The notes under the pieces: generated by a model
What the model was told of the DNA's origin: nothing
Database searches by the model: none
Seen by the model: the letters and a program-made list of their open reading frames with translations, nothing else
Shown: piece after piece, positions 25,502 through 37,792 of the stretch
How positions within the stretch are numbered: position 1 is the stretch's first letter
How the letters are laid out: each line of letters starts with the position of its first letter
Made by a program: the position numbers and the translations under genes
Assembly (NCBI GenBank): GCA_964016885.1
Contig: OZ024740.1
Coordinates: forward strand, 75,268,001 to 75,332,000
DNA: 64,000 nucleotides
Source of the DNA: Eledone cirrhosa
Taxonomy: Eukaryota
Direction of reading: 5' to 3'

Positions 25502-28500
25502 ATGACCCTCCCCAAATATAACAATATCTGTTTCGACACACGATTTCATATAAAAACCTCGCAAAACTAATTCATCGCCGCTATGGCATTAGCTTGTGCC
25601 AAGCTGAAAGGTTATTGAAAGACACTGTTTTCTGTTATATAAAAACTACAATAACAACAGAACAAATCCGCTTCTTAAAACACTGTGTTTCCTCCAAAAC
25701 ATACACAACAAACATATCAAAACAAGTAAATAATTTATTATTGAACAAAACACAAGTTGAACAGCTAAAACACACAATAACAGTTAATATGAAAAGAACA
25801 ACATACACAAAAGTCAACGCACTCTACAGACAAAAACGCATCAACGGTAAGGAAATCCGAAATCTCATCACAGCAAACGAGAGAGATGACTTCATGAGCG
25901 TCATCCGACGCGAAACGAAATATGCTCAAAACGAATGCTGTAGGCATTTCAAGAAGAAATTAGAATGGATGAATAAGAAAAAACTACAAGAAAGGAAAAT
26001 CGAATATTCTCAAAAATACCCAGATAACATCGACAACATCCGTATGAGTGATGTAAAACTACCGGAAGAATTTACCAATGACCACACAGTAAATATCTAT
26101 GGGAACACTTTAATCAGTGAACAAGAACAACAAATCCTAAAGTTACCACCAAAATTTGCCATCTACAAAAAGATTAACCCTATGGAATGCAAAACGGAGC
26201 TGGAAAAGTGTTTCACAAAAATACGTTGGAATGCAAAGGTAAACAACAACAACAATAATAACGGTAGTAGTAATATAAACAATAACTCTGGGTATAGAAA
26301 TAACAGCCATAACCATAACAATGGCAGGAAAGTGAGAAATAGTGATAATGGCAATAATACTAGCGATAGACAGAACAACAACAACCACAATAATAATAAT
26401 AATAGAAACGTTAACCACAGACACAGCAACAGTGACCACAGTAGTAATAACGGTAACAATACGAACAACAACAACAACAATAACCACAGTGGTAATAATG
26501 GAAATAGTACATGTAGCAACATCAACAAAAACAAGAAACATAATAATAGTAACAACCACAATGGTAGAAATAGCAGTAACAACAACAACAATAACGGTGA
26601 AGTAAACAACAATACATCTAGCAATCATAACAATAATAATATTAATGCTAATGATAGAAACAACAACAACCACCATGATAACAATAATAGCAACACACAC
26701 AACTATGACGATAGAAATAACGACAACCCCTTAGAGAAACTATTTTTCAACCCAGCTGACAAAACATATAAGATGGGTAATATCTATCCTACGAGGTTAC
26801 CCTTTAATAAAAGAGTTTGCATACCACAGCAAATAGATGACGAGACGGAGGCACAGTTCACCATAGCTAGAAATAAGATTAGACAAGTAGTAGACAGGTA
26901 CACTATGAGACAGAGCAGACCAGAGGCCCAACAACTTGGGATAAAACCTGTAGAAGGCTTGGTTAGCCTCAAGCAGCGCACAAGGGATGGTGAGGTAGTG
27001 TGTCTACCCACAGATAAGTCTGGTAGGATGTCAATAGATAGCATGCCGAACTACATCGAGGCAATGCAACCCCACATCACCAACACGAGCGAAGTTGCAC
27101 AACTAACACACGATGGGAGAGAAAAAATCCTCAACGCTCACATGATGATGTGGACTGACATCCTAAAGCCAAGCAGACGCACTGCCAACAACTTCCAGGC
27201 GTCTAACAATGGCATACCACCCTTGTATGGGCTCCGCAAAGACCACAAGACAGTCGACGACCCGACAACAGGACCACCAACAAGACCCGTATGCGGAGCT
27301 AATATAGCTAGCAACTACAGGATCTCCTACTTCCTCTCAATGGTTATACGCCCCATAATCAAGATGTCCCCAGATGTATGTGAAAGTACAGAGGACCTCC
27401 TCAGCAGAATCAGTGAGTGCAACAAAAACAGGAGCCTATCCAACTGCATAATAGGCAGCATGGATGTGGTGTCACTGTACCCATCCATTAACATTGATTT
27501 TGCTGTGAAAAGATGTGTGGAGATGATCATTGAGAGTGAGGTGGAGTTCTGCGACGTCGACACAGACGAACTGGGCCTCCTACTTAGACTTACCTACGAC
27601 ACTGACTACCTAGACAGCCATGACCTTAGATGTTTCTGCCCTAGTAGACCTATAAGAGGTAGACCCCCCACCATAACCTCAATGGCTAAAAAGACTCCCA
27701 TAGGAAGGTGGATTGGGTGGACCAAAGCTATACGGACCCCCCAAAACACTGATCAGGTAAGAAAAATGGTCGCACATGCAATAGGGGCTAGTATCAAAAC
27801 TACCCTAAAGGGCCACATATTTAAGTTCAATGAGAAAATCTACACCCAAAATGAGGGAGCAGCCATCGGCGTCAGCATAGCTGGTGATGTTGCCAACCTT
27901 TTCATGGTATGGTGGGAAAGGAGACTTAAAGATCTCCTTAATGAAAGCTCCATAGACCTCATCATGTACTCTCGTTATGTAGACGATATCAATATAGTTA
28001 TAAGAACACCCCCACTAGAGAGCACTAACAAGTTTGATTTAGAACGTAGCACGATGGAAAGCATCCAGCAGATAGCTAATTCCATACACCAGAGTATAAC
28101 TGTAACTATAGACTTCCCTTCCAAACACCCTAACAATAGACTACCTGTATTAGACACAGAACTCTGGATTAACACTATAGACGAGAGAGCCCAAATTCTC
28201 CACTCACACTATGCTAAACCCATGGCCTCCAAATACCTGATACTCAAAAACTCAGCAATGTCCAGTAGTGCTAAGTTTAATATTCTGATCGCAGATTTGG
28301 TACGAGTGATGAAGAATGTGTCCAGCATGTGCGACCCAACAGAAATGGAAGGACACATCCAACACTTCATCAACCGCATGCAGTTCTCTGGCTACAACCA
28401 AAGAGACAGAGTCAGAGTATACGAAGGAGCCATGGAAAAGTATAAGACCCTCATAGAACTGGACATGAAAGGAATTTGCCCACTATACAGGAGCAAATCA

Positions 28501-29133
28501 TGGAATAGCTTAGATAGGGCTAGACATAAGATAGGGAAGGCCACATCATGGTACGACAACCAGAGATATCAGAGTGTCATGTTTGTGGACGCCACCCCTG
28601 GGGGGAAATTAGCTAACCAGTGTAGAAAGGCCCTGAGAAAGACCCACTTAAAAATAAGGTGGTAGAAAAGCCAGGAACCACCATAAAATCCCTGATCAGC
28701 AAAACCTACCCTTTTAAGAAAACCCACTGTACCAATAGGAAATGTATCATTTGTAAGGTGAATCCCCCGGATAAACTGTAAAACTAGAAACGTAGTCTAT
28801 AGCATAAGATGTACAGAGGGTACTTGCAGAAACATGACAACAACATACATAGGTGAGACAGCTCGTAGCATAGGTGAAAGGATAGACCAACACTGGGGGG
28901 AACTAAAAGGACGAAAAAACGGGTCAGTACTATACGAACATGCTAGACAACAACATGACGGTAACATAGACAACATAGAAATTAGAATAATATCTAAACA
29001 TAGGAATGACCCAGCAGATAGGCAAATCAGAGAGGCCAGTGAAATAGAAATTAGAAGACCAAAGCTAAACAGAAAGAATGAGTGGAACAACAACAACACC
29101 CAAACAAACAACACTGACCTAAGAGAAGTATAA
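25502..29133 (+). CDS. Penelope-like retroelement polyprotein (RT + Cys-rich linker + C-terminal GIY-YIG endonuclease), Naiad-like; interrupted by three 1-nt homopolymer indels
   Basis: ORF 25594-28665 has RT motifs GSMDVVSLYPSI, EGAAIGVSIAGDVANLF, YSRYVDD and LPVLDTELWI. Downstream frames give HCTNRKCIIC..NCKTRNVVYSIRC..C..YIGETARSIGER..H..S.LYEH...H. True start is probably ATG 25502 ([28 protein letters not shown], in frame in the 29644 copy). Indels at ~25552 (A5 vs A6), ~28656 (A2 vs A3 in the upstream copy) and ~28764 (C5). Confidence 0.93.
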
Positions 29134-29400
29134 ATAAGTAAATAAAATTAAATAAAATAAGATAAATAAATACATACACAAGCGCATAAACACACACTAG
29201 TCACCCAGCAGACACAACACTATACACACTAGTCACACATCACACATAACACTATACACACACGCAAACGCATGCGCAAAGAAGACAAAATAAAATAAGA
29301 TAAACAAACAAGCAAATAAATAAATAAATATATAGACAGACTGAACAAAAAAAAAAAAAAAAAATGGCGTAGACATACAACACAACAGGAGGAACAATGA

Positions 29401-29457
29401 ATATAACACCACTGACGATGTTGCAGATGTGCAACGAAAGATTTATGTAAATTATGT
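29401..29457 (+). ncRNA. Hammerhead motif in PLE pLTR (second copy)
   Basis: Identical to 25259-25315; homologues at 33695-33748 and 42490-42543. Confidence 0.7.
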
Positions 29458-29728
29458 AAACTATATATATGTGTTTGTGTCTATATTGTATCTGTATTAT
29501 TTTTGACCGCCGGTCAGTCAATGGCAACATTGAGGACCGAGTAAGTTAGATCGCAGATATATATATATAAAAGACAGCGAGAAGCGAAAACCAACCAAAC
29601 AGTGAGTGTGTTCTGTTATTAATTCTGGCAATATTACGCAAATATGACCCTCCCCAAATATAACAATATCTGTTTCGACACACGATTTCATATAAAAAAC
29701 CTCGCAAAACTAATTCATCGCCGCTATA

Positions 29729-29787
<59 letters not shown>

Positions 29788-29823
29788 TATGTATGTATGA
29801 AATTTCGTTTTCATTTTTTTCAA

Positions 29824-29904
<81 letters not shown>

Positions 29905-30305
29905 GTATAGGTGGGTACTATAGAGTGGGTAATAGGAACGAGTAGGACCACGACGGCTGCGCTCAAGCCGTTTCAACGGCTAATTCTGGACATTTCAGTC
30001 CAGAATTAGCCGTCGAAACGGCTTGAGCTCAGCCGTCGGGGTCCTACTCGTTCCTATTACCCACTCTACTACCCTAAGTATTGAGTACTTTGGTGCGTTA
30101 TGGTCCACCTGGTTCCTTACCACATTTCCTTCGTTATATATATATATATATATATTGTTATACTTTGGGAGGGTCATGTTGCCAATAAGAAACACACGCA
30201 CCAGTTTCTTTCACTTCAATGTATTATAATAAATTTATAAATTTAGGAATTTATAAATTTCTGGTTGGTTGGTTGGTTCCACAACCAGATAGTTGTTTAT
30301 ATATT

Positions 30306-30348
30306 GTCAAACTTCTTTCGTCACACATTCTGTGACCTCTTCAGTGAC
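30306..30348 (-). ncRNA. Type I minimal hammerhead ribozyme (inverted arm)
   Basis: As 30452 but with loop 3 GAAG; a decayed relative lies at 23146-23185 (-). Confidence 0.8.
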
Positions 30349-30451
30349 TGGGGATTCTTTTCTTTGTTTTTGTGTCTCTCCTTTGTTCTGTCCTACGCCA
30401 TTTTGTTTCTGTGTGTGTGTTGAGACACAAAAACAAAGAAAAGAATCCCCA

Positions 30452-30494
30452 GTCACTGAAGAGGTCACAGAATGTGTGACGAAAGAACTTTGAC
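30452..30494 (+). ncRNA. Type I minimal hammerhead ribozyme
   Basis: GUCA CUGAAGA G GUCACA GAAUG UGUGAC GAAA GAAC UU^ UGAC. Confidence 0.8.
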
Positions 30495-31150
30495 AATATA
30501 TAAACAACTATCTGGTTGTGGAACCAACCAACCAACCAGAAATTTATAAATTCCTAAATTTATAAATTTATTATAATAAATTGAAGTGAAAGCAACTGGT
30601 GCGTGTGTTTCTTATTGGCAACATGACCCTCCCAAAGTATAACAATATCGGTTTCAACACACTATTTCAGATAAAGAATCTTGCTAAACAAATTCAGAAA
30701 CGAAATATATATATATATATATACGCATGTATGTATATTTATTATAATGCTCGGTTTGTTTGTAAACAAACAGCCCGAATTACGCCGCACAGTGTCTAGG
30801 CAACCACGTCACCTTTTTGTTTACAAACAAACCGAAAACCGATACGTGCATGTATATATGTGTGCATGTATGTATATATATATATACATACTACTGTACG
30901 TCTGTATACATATATGTATGTACGTATACATACATGCGTACTTACATTTAAGTAACTGCCGTACTAAGAGTGAGAAAATGAAATTTCGTTTCATTCTATT
31001 CCATTTATATATATACAGAAAATAATTTATAATCATGATTAATGTCATGAAATGGTTATTGTTTTATTGTTATCGAAAATGCCTCGTTATATGTGTGTAT
31101 GGTGTGTGTGTGTATGGTGTGTGTGTGTGTATGGTGTGTGTGTGGTGTGT

Positions 31151-31256
<106 letters not shown>

Positions 31257-31631
31257 ACGAGGCATTTTCGATAACAATAAAACAATAACCATTTCATGAC
31301 ATTAATCATGTTTATAAATTATTTTCTGTATATATATATATATATTCTTATTTGACACTAAACTCCGTCAGTTACAGACTGCGCATCAACATGAGATATT
31401 TTTCTACACAAAGTTCGATCAGCAACAAGAGAGTTCAAAGAACAAAGATCAAGTCCAGTCCATAGGTTCACATTTGCAAGTCATCATTTTGGTTGCCGGC
31501 CTCTGCTTGTTTTACCAGCCAACCTTCCTTCCAGGCATAACCTACTTACACCACAAGTTGATCTTTTTGTATGACCGTATAGTTTGCGTTGACAATTGAT
31601 GTAATTAGTCTAAGTCTGGTAATGTTGAGCA

Positions 31632-31727
<96 letters not shown>

Positions 31728-31813
31728 TGAAGTTTCCGTTGAAAATTGAAAAAGTCAGAGGTTTCCCGAATAAGACGAATACAAGACACGTCCGCATTCG
31801 TTCATCGAAATTG

Positions 31814-31881
31814 CCTTGTCTGATGAACGAATGCGGACGTGTCTTGTATTCGTCTTATTCGGGAAACCTCTGGTAATGAAG
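31814..31881 (+). ncRNA. Type I hammerhead motif with extended stem II
   Basis: CUUGU CUGAUGA ACGAAU..AUUCGG GAAACC UCU GGUA^ AUGAAG; homologous to 51270-51336. Confidence 0.6.
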
Positions 31882-31909
31882 TAATTATACTGTATTGTTT
31901 ATTATACAT

Positions 31910-31982
<73 letters not shown>

Positions 31983-32199
31983 CGAAGGAAATGTGGTAAG
32001 CAGCCATATGGACCGTAACGCCCCAGAGTACTCAATACTTAGGGTAGTAGAGTGGGTAATAGGAAAATGTTTAACCCCGACAGCAGAGCTCAAACCGTTT
32101 CGACGGCTATTTCAGTCCAGAAATAGCCGTCGAAACGGCTTGAGCTCTGCCGTCGGGGTTAAACATTTTCCTATATATATATATATATATAATAATTAT

Positions 32200-33014
32200 A
32201 AAATGTGGAGAAGGAGCACACAAGTTGGAATATATATATATATGAAAATAGGGAGAAAAAGACGATTATTAGGAAGAAATTTTTTTTTTCTCTTTTTTCT
32301 GGGTTAGAAAATGTTTAAAACAAAATATTTTACTTTGTGTGAAGTGTTAAGGTATTAGTTAATTTATTTATTAATTAACAATGGCATTTATTTATTTATA
32401 TATTTAATAATTGTCTATTACCGGTTTCAGCATTTTATGCATTATCAAAGGGAGGAATTTTGTATTGGTATAAAATGTTGGAGAGAAAATAATGTGATGT
32501 TGAACATGTTAAGGAAATGGGAAAGAAAGAATAATATTAATTTACAAACAAGTTTTTGAAGTAAAAAGAAAAAAGAAAAAAAAGGGGGTGATGTGGAACA
32601 TGATAAGGTAATGGGAAAGAAAGAATAATATTATTTACAGGCATAGTTCTTGAGGATAAACAGTTCAAAATGTGTTATTTTGGCAAGAGCGCTTGGTTGG
32701 TCCATAATGGAGGCAAATGGTAGTCTGGGGTTTGATATGATTTCCCTTTTTAGAGAGTTAATATGCATGGGGGGGGGGTAATTCAGGGTGGTCAGTTGGG
32801 GAGAGAGAAATGAGAGGGGTAATTCATTTATATAAGGAAAAGGATTAGGTAGGGTGTTAGGGAGGTAACTCTTTAGAGAACATGGGAATTGGGCTTTGGT
32901 TCATTGTTCGTTCCAGTTTTAGTTTAGTCCGAAGTTTAGTCCATTAAATAGAGGGTGGAATTTGTTAATGAAGTACGTTTCCTTATTGGTACGATGGATG
33001 AAAGAAGTGTTGTC
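32200..33014 (-). mobile_element. 3' fragment of a different PLE family (GIY-YIG C-terminus + 3' non-coding region)
   Basis: Minus strand from 33014 reads DNTSFIHRTNKETYFINKFHPLFNGLNFGLN*, matching the PLE R..E..FI.KF.P..N terminus. An HHR-like motif lies at 32414-32453. Confidence 0.65.
32414..32453 (-). ncRNA. Minimal hammerhead-like motif, U3-A8 variant
   Basis: UUGAUAA U GCAU AAA AUGC U GAAA CCGG UA^; stem I weak. Relatives at 3264-3305 (-) and 48397-48426 (-). Confidence 0.55.
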
Positions 33015-33024
33015 TATGAATTTG

Positions 33025-34000
33025 TAAATCTCTGATCAGCAAAACAAACCCTTTTATGAAAATCCACTGTACTAATAAGAAATGTATTATATGTAAAGTA
33101 AACTCCCGGATAAACTGTAAAACTAGAAACGTAGTCTATAGCATAAGATGTACAGAGGGTACTTGCAGAAACTTGACAACAACATACATAGGCGAGACAG
33201 CTCGAAGTATAGGTGAAAGGATAGACCAACACTGTGAGGAACTAAAAGGACGAAAAAACGGTTCAGTACTATACGAACATGCCAGACAACATGACGGTAA
33301 CATAGACAACATAGAAATTAAAATATCTAAACATAGAAATGACCCAGCAGATAGGCAAATCAGAGAGGCCAGTGAAATAGAACTTAAAAGGCCAAAGCTA
33401 AACAGAAAAAATGAATGGAATAACAACAACGCCCAAACAAACAATACTGACCTAAGAGAAATATAAATAAATAAATAAATAAATATATACACAATAACAA
33501 CAAACACATATAAACACACACTAGTAAACTAAGATAGAATACAATAACCAAAACACAGTCACCCAAACACGAACACACACACCAATCACTATACACACAC
33601 GCAAACGCATGCGCAGAGAAGACAAAAATAAATAAATAAATAAACAGATAAAATAAAAATGGCGTAGACATACAATACAACAGGAGGAAACATAATAGCA
33701 CCACTGATGATGTTGCAGGTGTGCAACGAAAGAACTTTGTTAGACTATATATATGTGTTTATATCTATATTATATCTGTATTTTTTACCCTTGGTCAGTC
33801 AATGATAAACATTGAGGACCGAATGAATTAAGTGTGGAGATATAACAGATACAGAAGCGAAAATCAACCAAACAGTGAGTGTGTTCTGTTATTATTTCTG
33901 GTAATATTATTACAACAATATGACCCTCCCCAAGTATAACAATATTTGTTTCGACACACGATTTCACATCAAAAACCTCGCAAAACAAATTCATCGCCAT
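33025..34000 (+). mobile_element. 5'-truncated copy of a related Naiad-like PLE subfamily (GIY-YIG + pLTR)
   Basis: ORF 33056-33466 is closely similar to the GIY-YIG above and in frame across the linker. The pLTR is homologous and ends at AATTCATCGCCAT before TA repeats. Confidence 0.9.
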
Positions 34001-34018
34001 TATATATATATTTATATT

Positions 34019-34206
34019 GGTGGTGGATTGGCAGTATCGGTAGAGGGTCGGACGCCATGCTTTCCAGCATAGTTACGTCCCTTTATGATCTGAGTTCAAA
34101 TCCCGCCGAGGTTGACTTTGCCTTTCATCCTTACGGGGTCGATAAAATAAAGTACCAGTAATGCACTGGGTAATTTGCTGGCCTTGTGCCTAAAGTAGAA
34201 ACAATT
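34019..34206 (+). mobile_element. Meta-like SINE (young subfamily)
   Basis: Nearly identical to 17997-18177. Confidence 0.88.
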
Positions 34207-34267
34207 ATATATATATTTATATTTATATATATATATGAGTATGTATGTGTATATATTTCTATATATA

Positions 34268-34336
<69 letters not shown>

Positions 34337-34339
<3 letters not shown>

Positions 34340-35077
34340 GAAACACACAGATACATGCGGACGCACACATATATACATGAATGCATCTGCACCCAACTGT
34401 GAGTTAAGGGTGCCGACTTCACCGATGTTGCTCAATGAATGACTGGGACAGACCAATTCAGTTTGAACTAGACTGAACCAGTATCAGAGTTAAAAATACA
34501 TTATGAAGAGAGAAGAAACATTTAGATATAATTAGTAATAAAATGTATCATACCTAAACTGTTCCTAAATTCCTCTAAATTCCTTAACTCACAGTTGGGT
34601 GCGGATGCATTCATGTATATATGTGTGCGTCCGCATGTATCTGTGTGTTTCTAAATATATTAATAACTCCCTCTGGTCGAGCAATCTTTGAGGTGTGGGG
34701 ACAACTGGAAAGCTTCCATTACTCATACTTCTCGCCTTCTTCACTACCTCTTCTACGGCCTCGATATGAATACCCCCTCCGCCTCCGTGGTATTTTCTTC
34801 GTGGTTATAAGAGGCTTAGCTCTGTTTCTCGACCGTTATATCGCGTGACTATCTCCCCCTCCGCCTTTTGGGATTCTTTCTCACGTCGTGTAGACGCGTT
34901 CTTGAGACTAGTAAAATGAGGTATCCTCTTGATAAGTCGGCAGACCTCGCAAGGACTCTATATCTTTGATATATTGTTTTTGTTTATGCCACGAAACTAC
35001 GTGGTCGAGGAATTTAGGAACAGTTTAGGTATGATACATTTTATTACTAATTATATCTAAATGTTTCTTCTCTCTTC

Positions 35078-35081
<4 letters not shown>
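34337..35081. mobile_element. Head-to-head non-coding HHR module (~590-nt circularly permuted unit)
   Basis: 34337-34411 is inverted at 34582-34656; 34501-34575 is inverted at 35007-35081. Confidence 0.8.
34924..35011 (+). ncRNA. Type I hammerhead, U3-A8 core variant, large loop 2
   Basis: UCCUC UUGAUAA GU(C)GGCA..UGCCAC GAAAC UACGUG GUC^ GAGGA. Confidence 0.78.
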
Positions 35082-35151
<70 letters not shown>

Positions 35152-35406
35152 TATATATATATAGAAATATATACACATACATACTCACATACATGCATGT
35201 ATACACACAGAGGCAAACACACACAAACGCACACTATGTGTGTTTGTGTGTATGGATGTATTTATGTGCGGATGTAAGTATGCATGTTTGTATATGGATA
35301 TATATATATATACTTACAGACAAGCATGCATACACACAAACTCAGAGATACACACACATGTGTGTCTGCGTATTTATGTCTCTATGTATGTAAGTATGCC
35401 TGAATG

Positions 35407-35452
<46 letters not shown>

Positions 35453-35497
35453 GAGGTTATATTTAATTTGTTGGGATTCAACAAGCTTAAAAAAAAT

Positions 35498-35561
<64 letters not shown>

Positions 35562-35758
35562 TATATACATGTATATATATATATAAGGTAAATACTTGTA
35601 TTCTTATATGTAAATATATTTGAAATAAACAATGGCTATGTCTTTTGGGATACAATTTCTTTTCAGTATAAATGACAAGTGGGCGTTTTAAGCGTAGAAC
35701 TGTTTGTCAACATTTGAGCGCATGAATGTATATGCCTACATATGTGGTAGTGCTATAA

Positions 35759-35790
<32 letters not shown>

Positions 35791-36023
35791 TCGTATATGT
35801 GTGTCTCTGCGTGGTTCTTGCCTACGTATGTTTACGTGTGTGATACCATTTGATACCATTCATATCAGTAACGTATACGCAAAGATATTTTTATACGCAT
35901 TGCGCAAATCTACATATAAATACTTATACACACACACAGAAATACACATAAATACATACACACACAGATACACACACAGACACACACACACACACGCGTG
36001 CACATACAGATACAGGCATACAT

Positions 36024-36064
<41 letters not shown>

Positions 36065-36189
36065 CACATGTACTGATTTATAATATTTAGCCATTTTGTA
36101 AGCAAAGTTGTCTGATTGCATTACTAAACAGTTACATGTAAGTGTATGTACATAAAGTCATACACACATCACATGCACGTAAACACACA

Positions 36190-36308
<119 letters not shown>

Positions 36309-36431
36309 GCACGCATTTATATATGAATATGAGAGTGGGGGAGAGATAATGTTTGATTGAGTGAGAATGTGAAAGACAAAATGAAATGTGGTATTTAAGT
36401 TTCCATATATTTCGAATGTGACACCACGAAG

Positions 36432-36733
36432 CTTTGTGTTTAAAGTGTTTGGCTCACAATTGTAAGTTTTGAGTTCGATTCCCGAGAGTGCATTGTATCC
36501 TTGGGCAAGATACTTTATTTCAGTTTCCTCCAGTCAACTCAGTTGACAAAAATGAATTCTACGTCTAATTCAAAGAACCAACTTTTTCACTCGCTGTGTC
36601 ACGCTGAATCTCTCTAATAACTAGAGAGATATGTGTCTGTGGGATGCTCAGCCACTTGCTCGTAAAATCAAACGAACAAGCTGCTCCGTTGTTTAAAAAC
36701 TGATCGTCATCGGAACCGGTGGAAGTCCAACAC
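36432..36733 (+). mobile_element. CORE-like tRNA-derived SINE
   Basis: B box GAGTTCGATTCC followed by CCTTGGGCAAGATACTTTATTTC..CAGTCAACTCAG..AAATGA. Confidence 0.7.
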
Positions 36734-36809
36734 CTACACACACATATATAATATCCATCTCACTCTCTCACTCTCTCTCTCTGGCGGGTATAAAATCAGT
36801 CGACTGGAA

Positions 36810-37640
36810 TTTGCATAAGACATGGTGTTACTTAACTCGACAGAAGATGATCTCCGACTTGCACTCGATATGTTTCATGCCAAGTGCTGCATGGCTGGAA
36901 TGAAAATCAGTGTTGCGAAAACTAAGATACTCGTTCTCTCAAGGAAGCTAGCGCATTTCCTCTACATGTGAATGGAGTTCCACTGAGGCAGGTGGAGAAG
37001 ATTAAGTATCTCGAGGCCTGGCTCACGAACGATGGACGCCAGGAGGCTGAATTAAGTGCAAGAATTGCAGGAGCTGGTGCAGTAATGCGTCAGTTTCAGC
37101 ATTCGGTAATCAGAAGAAGGGAGGTAGGCGTATAAACTAAACTCGCTGTCTTCAATTCGGTATTCGTGCCAACCCTTACCTATGATCATGAGTCTTGGGT
37201 AATGACCGAAGGAATACGATCGTGTATACAAGCGGCCGAAATGGGGTTCCTCCGAAGGGTCTTTGGAGTAACGTAACTCGATAGAGTGCATAGCTCGGCG
37301 ATGAGACAGTCACTTTAGGTAGAGCCGCAACTTCTCCGAATTGAGAGATCACAACTGCGTAATTATGGGCATGTGGTTAGAATGTCTCAGGTAAAAATCG
37401 CTGGACAAATTTTACGGGCAAAACCAATCGCGAGGAAACACAGGGGTAGACCCCGAGCAAGATGGTTGAATAACATCCATGAGCTTGGCTGGTCTTACTT
37501 TGGGATCCACCCGAATCAGTTAGAAACAGTTGCTTCTGACAGGATCTACTGAAAGAAGTGTTTGAGGACCCTCCCCCCACGACCCTCTCAGGAATAAGTG
37601 GGCGAAGAAAAAGAAGAAGAAGAAGAAGAAGACGACGACT
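36810..37640 (+). mobile_element. Degenerate 3' fragment of an RTE-like LINE with (AGA)n tail
   Basis: Remnant codons such as QVEKIKYL, FVPTLTYDHESWVMT and QAAEMGFLRR; GAA-repeat tail. Confidence 0.75.
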
Positions 37641-37792
37641 CCGGGAGGATAAAGGTTATCTCGGCAGGTGTGAACTTAGAATACAAGGAGCTCGAATAAA
37701 TACCACAAGGTATTTTGTCCAATGTACTAACACTTCTACTACATTGACTATACTCTTCTTGTGTGAAAATAAGAAATCGATATATAATAATT

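Larger units (their letters stand above)
23773..29727 (+). mobile_element. Penelope-like element in partial tandem: 5'-truncated copy (23773-25584) acting as pseudo-LTR, followed by a full unit ending in (TA)n
   Basis: 23773-25584 is nearly identical to 27914-29727 (offset ~4141). Both end at CATCGCCGCTAT, 28 codons into the ORF; the second is followed by a (TA)n tract. Confidence 0.93.
30152..30705. mobile_element. Head-to-head inverted pLTR pair of another Naiad-like family
   Basis: Arms ~30152-30378 and ~30422-30648 are near-perfect reverse complements. The right arm encodes [27 protein letters not shown], homologous to the PLE N-terminus. Both ends abut (TA)n. Confidence 0.85.

Noticed and set aside
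25594-28665. Selenocysteine recoding, as reported for some Naiad PLEs
   Set aside because: The ORF has no in-frame TGA; the interruptions are homopolymer indels.
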